Positions 50,169 to 51,567 of a DNA stretch of 51,567 bases are shown one piece after another; position 1 is the first letter of the stretch, and the number at the start of each line of letters is the position of its first letter. The notes below the pieces were generated by a model. The model searched no databases, was not told where the DNA came from, and worked only from the letters and a program-made list of their open reading frames with translations. A program made the translations under genes and the position numbers. Origin of the DNA: Parvularia atlantis (Eukaryota); contig CALSCO010000284.1 of NCBI GenBank assembly GCA_943704415.1, forward strand, positions 1 to 51,567, read 5' to 3'.

Positions 50169-51567
50169 TCACTGCACGCCGAAGAAGAGGCTGCCGATGG
50201 CGAGAGCCACGGCCGCGCCGAGCGTCGAGAGCGTGCCGATGATGGCTGCCCGTGCGCGCGACGCCGAGTGAGCTCACGTGCAAGCGTAGCCAACCGACGC
50301 ACCCGTCGCAGTCGCGTTGAGCACCGACTGCAGCGACTGCAGGATGAGCGCGTTGACGCTGACAGAGATCAGGAAAGACTCGATCCAGGCGATCGTCTGC
50401 GCGCGGCAGGTACGTGAGCGCACACTCTCACTCGCCGTCCGCAGCGCACCAGGCTGTTGGTCGGGTCGACCACGTCCGCGGCCGCGCCGTAGAGCGCCGT
50501 CACGACGATCGAACCGGTTGACAGCAGCGCGCACACTGCAAACAGCACGTACTCGACCCTGCGTAGGCGGGTCAGTGCCGAACCCGATCCAGCCCGCAGC
50601 TTGCCGCGCACCAGGACGGCACTGAGATCTCAAAGATGCCCTTGGACGCGATCTTCTCCGTTGCCGGATCCACGCCCATCACCGACGCCTCGCCGGGCTT
50701 GATGTCCGAGTCGCTCCGCATCATCAGCGCCATCTCGAACGCCGTGTCGCCGTTGATGTGCACCATGCCCGGGCGCTCGATCTGCTTCATCAGGAACTGG
50801 ATCAGCGTGAACAGCAGGAAGGTGATCAGCGACGTGAGGAAGCCCACGGCCAGCTTGAGCGCGATGCTCTCGGCGTTGAAAAAGTCGCTGCCGGCCGTGT
50901 ATTGGAAGAAGACGGCCGAGATAGCCAGGTTCACAAACAGCGCGCTCATCGTGCAGCACACGCGCGCGAACCGCGTGCCCTGCCGCCACCCTCACTGGTC
51001 AGCGACGGTGCAAGTCCACACAGGCGCGCGCGCACCATCGAGATCGGGTCGAAGAAGATCGAGACGTAGCTGTGGTTGTAGCGGAAGCCGAAGCGCGCCG
51101 ACATGTACATGCGCTGCCAGATCGTCAGCTTGGTCCCCGCCGGCCACCACTCGGTGCCGTACGCGTCCTTCCACGTGTCTAGGTGCAGCTGCGCGAGTGT
51201 GTGAGCAGACGAATGCAAGCGCGTGAGCTGTGCGCACCGTCTTGAGCAAGCGCGCCGAGACCGGCTGCTGGTACAGCCCGTGCGTCTTGTCGATGAACTC
51301 AACCAGCTCTTCCCGTCCAGGCTTGCGACCTCTGGTACGGTACCGCCTGTCCATCGCAATGGCGTAGATCGACAGGATGATGAAGATGAACAGCAGGCCT
51401 GCGATCGTGACCCAGCTGCCGGGCTAGGTGAGCAACAGCGCGCGTGCAACGGGCGCACGCACGCCGCGATCAGGCCGGGCGACTGCAGGTTGATGGTTGG
51501 CGGGATGATGATTGGGTTGACGCGGATGGTGATCGAGCCGAGCGCAAACTCGGTAAAGTGCGTGCAC
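50169..51567 (-). CDS. Polycystin-1/REJ-like membrane protein with GPS motif (5' partial), multi-exon
   Basis: Begins at the window edge with CTHFTEFA (GPS end), then TM1 WVTIAGLLFIFIILSIYAIAMDRR, NHSYVSIF..TRFARVCCTMSALFVNLAISAVFF, AVGFLTSLITF, and WIESFLISVSVNALILQ; ends ..LFFGVQ* at 50169. Confidence 0.72.

Overview
GC-rich eukaryotic genomic DNA, most likely from an intron-rich unicellular protist (lineage not determinable from sequence alone). Genes are densely packed (intergenic gaps often 10-120 nt) and split by many ~45-65 nt spliceosomal introns (donor GTGCG/GTRCG, CTGAC-type branch point, YAG acceptor), so the ORF track is fragmented. Reconstructed gene order: EGF-repeat multi-pass membrane protein (+, 5' partial); ~18 kb full-length RNF213/mysterin-like AAA+ ATPase-E3 ligase (+); PH-RUN-PDZ-PDZ scaffold (+); TRIP4/ASC-1 (-); bacterial-type isoaspartyl dipeptidase IadA (+); JMJD5/KDM8 (+); PHD-TFIIS-SPOC protein (-); RBBP4/MSI1 (-); F-box/LRR (+); AMP-binding enzyme (+); OPRTase-like (-); PX protein (+); HYPK (-); Eco1/ESCO (+); WDR11 (-); GPS-containing polycystin-1-like protein (-, 5' partial). 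Most interesting: the RNF213-like gene has a remodelled E3 module (single-zinc U-box/SP-RING-like finger, and an RZ finger with His-to-Tyr at a zinc ligand but intact catalytic Cys/His); an intronised, possibly secreted IadA; frequent GC-AG introns; a candidate structured ncRNA; and recurring promoter motifs. All family assignments come from recalled motifs, not database searches; gene ends are manual reconstructions.
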